From the human T2T-CHM13v2.0 reference genome, Homo sapiens: 64,000 nt of DNA. The notes beneath the pieces were generated by a model. It did not search any database, was not told where the DNA came from, and saw only the letters and a list, made by a program, of their open reading frames with translations. Where the stretch lies: assembly GCF_009914755.1 (NCBI RefSeq), contig NC_060948.1. One strand, written 5' to 3'. Positions 60,647-64,000 of the stretch are shown here, piece by piece. Positions within the stretch are counted from its first letter, which is position 1. Each line of letters begins with the position of its first letter. The translations under genes were made by a program, and so were the position numbers.

Positions 60647-62773
60647 AGATCCATATTTTGTAAATGAAAAAAAATTTCAAAGGTACTCTGCTTGGTACAA
60701 TAATCAAATGTATAAACTGAGGAATAAAACATAACCATGAGACCTACTTATAACTGCATATGGAAAATACAGAGGATAATTTTTTAAAAAACATATTTTG
60801 AAAGCCTTAACTAGTAATTTGAAGAGTTGGCATTTGAAAGGCCAGTATGAATATACCTTCAAAGCAGCAACACAGGTTCCCCATGAGAAAAAGCAAACTC
60901 AGGGAAAATAAAACCACAAAGGTTCAATCTCTTCTGACCTTTGAAAGACACAGCACAGACAGTGGTCCTTAGGACGAAGAGCAGGAGACCCGTAATTCCG
61001 TCACCATGGCGATAGGGCATAAACATTGCTGGGTGAGGGCACAATCCACATTGAGAGGTCCAACTGCTGCCAGGAAGACAGGAGTGCTTTTACATAGACC
61101 GAAAGGTCATTGTAGGCTCAGAGTTTTGTTTCAAGAACTGAATCCCAAGCCCACACGTTATTAGGCTGCGCTTCTTAAAACAAGTTATGAGATGGGAAAA
61201 AGGGCACCCACAAACATACGTATACATTATGTATATAATAATATACAGTATCATATATATAATATATATAACCTATGTATAATATTGTTTTACATCCTGC
61301 ATCTTATATTATATATATTGTATAAAATATAAAATTCATAATACATAACGTTTATATTTATACAATATGACATATAGTATGTATTATAATTTATGACATA
61401 TATAATATATGTTATATATCATATATAGAATATATTATACGGTTAATATACGTATTAAATATAAATTATACATTCTATATATTATATATAATATATCTGT
61501 TATATATAATACCCATTATGCATAATATATATATTATGTCTATGTTATATATAGTATAAAACAACGTATAATAATATATAATTGTATATAAAAAATGCGA
61601 CATATAATATATATTATATTTTATAACATATGTAATATATATTATATATTATATATAATACGTTGTATGTATAATACCTATATTAAATATATATTATAGG
61701 ACTATGTTATTAATTACATATCACATGTGTTATATATTATATATTTTACATAGAATATACCGGTTACATACAATATATACTATGTTACCTATAATGTATA
61801 ATTTATTACATGTAAAATAAAGAATTCAACATATTATGTATAATTTATAATATACAATATGTGGAATGTGATATATATAACATATAATATATGATATATG
61901 ATATACAGTATATGATATATAACATACAATATATGATTCCTAATATATATGGTATACAATATATATTTTATGATATGTATTCTATATGTTTTATATTCTG
62001 TTATATATAACTATTTGAAATTATATATAACTGTATAATATTTTATGTAAATATGTAATATAATATATATAACTATATAATATATTATATATAACTATAT
62101 ATTATGTTATATATACTTTTATAACATAATTTACATAAAATATCATAATATAATATATATTATATTATTTCATATTACATAATATATATTACATATCACC
62201 CAATATAACTAACATACATAATATTATAATATAGATTATATTATGTTATATGAAATATCATATATATCATGTATCATATATTCTATAATATATATTACAC
62301 ATTATATAATATGCATGTTGTCTATTATGTGATATATATAACTCTATATATAATTATATTATTATACATATAACTAGATAAACATGTAATTCTACATATT
62401 TTCATTTATAATATGTAGAATTATATAATCATATATAATTATTTATATTCTATAAAAAATTTTATCATTATATAAATTATAATATATAAAAATTATAATA
62501 TGTACTACAAATATATATATTATATATCATATATGATATAGTACCTTTGTTATATATCATAATACATATAAATGTGTATTATGTTATCTATAATTATATA
62601 ATTTCATATATAAGATGTATAATATGTATCATATATTATATATGTTATGTAATACATATAGTATATATAAGATGACACAGGATAAATATTATATACTATG
62701 ACATATAAAATATATGAGGTTATATGTTACATATAAGGCATAGCACATAACATGTAATATATACCATATATAA

Positions 62774-63065
62774 TTTTTTTTTAGACAGAATCTTGTCCTG
62801 TTGCACAGGGTGGGGTACAATGGCGCCATCTTTGCTCACTGCAACTTCTGCCTCACGGGTCCAAGCGATTGTCCTCCCTCAGCCTCCCAGGTAGCTGGGA
62901 CCACACCACACTGGGACTACACCAGCTGCCACCATGCCTAGCTAATTTTTTGGATTTTTAGTAGTGACAGCGTTTCACTGTATTGGCCAGGATGGTCTTG
63001 ATCTCTTCACCTTGTGATCCCCTTGCCTTGGCCTCCAAATTTGCTGGGATTACAGGCCTGAGCCA
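62774..63065 (-). mobile_element. Diverged Alu, unit 27
   Basis: Same Alu; variant set as in unit 25. Confidence 0.95.
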
Positions 63066-64000
63066 AGATCCATATTTTTTAAATGAAAAAAAATTTCAAA
63101 GGTACTCTGCTTGGTACAATAATCAAATGTATAAACTGAGGAATAAAACATAACCATGAAACCTACTTATAACTGCATATGGAAAATACAGAGGATAATT
63201 TTTTAAATAACATATTTTGAAAGCCTTAACTAGTAATTTGAAGAGTTGGCATTTGAAAGGCCAGTATGAATATACCTTCAAAGCAGCAACACAGGTTCCC
63301 CATGAGAAAAAGCAAACACAGGGAAAATAAAAACACAAAGGTTCAATCTCTTCTGACCTTTGAAAGACACAGCAAAGACAGTGGTCCTTAGGACGAAGAG
63401 CAGGAGACCCCTAATTCCGTCACCATGGCGATAGGGCATAAACATTGCTGGGTGAGGGCACAATCCACATTGTGAGGTCCAACTGCTGCCAGGAAGACAG
63501 GAGTGCTTTTACATAGACCGAAAGGTCATTGAAGGCTCAGAGTTTTGTTTCAAGAACTGAATCCCAAGCCCACACGTTATTAGGCTGCGCTTCTTTAAAC
63601 AAGTTATGAGATGGGAAAAAGGGCACCCACAAACATACGTATACATTATGTATATAATAATTTACAGTATCATGTATATAATATATATAACCTATGTATA
63701 ATATTGTTTTACATCCTGCATCTTATGTTATATATATTGTATAAAATATAATAATTGATAATATATAAGTTTTATATTTATACAATATGACATATAGTAT
63801 ATATTATAATTTATGACATATATAATATATGTTATATATCATATATAGAATATATTATACGGTTAATATACGTATTAAATATAAATTATACATTATATAT
63901 ATTATATATAATATATCTGATATATATAATACCCATTATGCATAATATATATATTATGTCTATGTTATATATAGTATAAAACAACATATAATAATATATA

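Overview
The whole 64 kb window is one uninterrupted head-to-tail satellite array of about 26.5 copies of a ~2,420-bp composite unit. Each unit has a 5'-clipped, highly diverged Alu on the - strand (~292 bp), a ~570-bp moderately AT-rich HSATI-type segment and a ~1,555-bp degenerate TA-rich segment. This matches human HSat1B/DYZ2, typical of Yq12 heterochromatin; related copies exist on acrocentric short arms, so the chromosome is inferred rather than proven. HaeIII site spacing predicts a ~2.15-kb fragment, matching the classical male-specific 2.1-kb band. I find no credible protein-coding gene, RNA gene or new biological system; all listed ORFs are by-products of the repeat. The notable signal is the internal variant structure: a 7,257-bp trimeric higher-order repeat (~23-43 kb), two ~4.84-kb dimer duplications, mosaic units, and a homogeneous core subfamily flanked on both sides by mutually related units. 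All variant comparisons were made by eye, so breakpoints are approximate.
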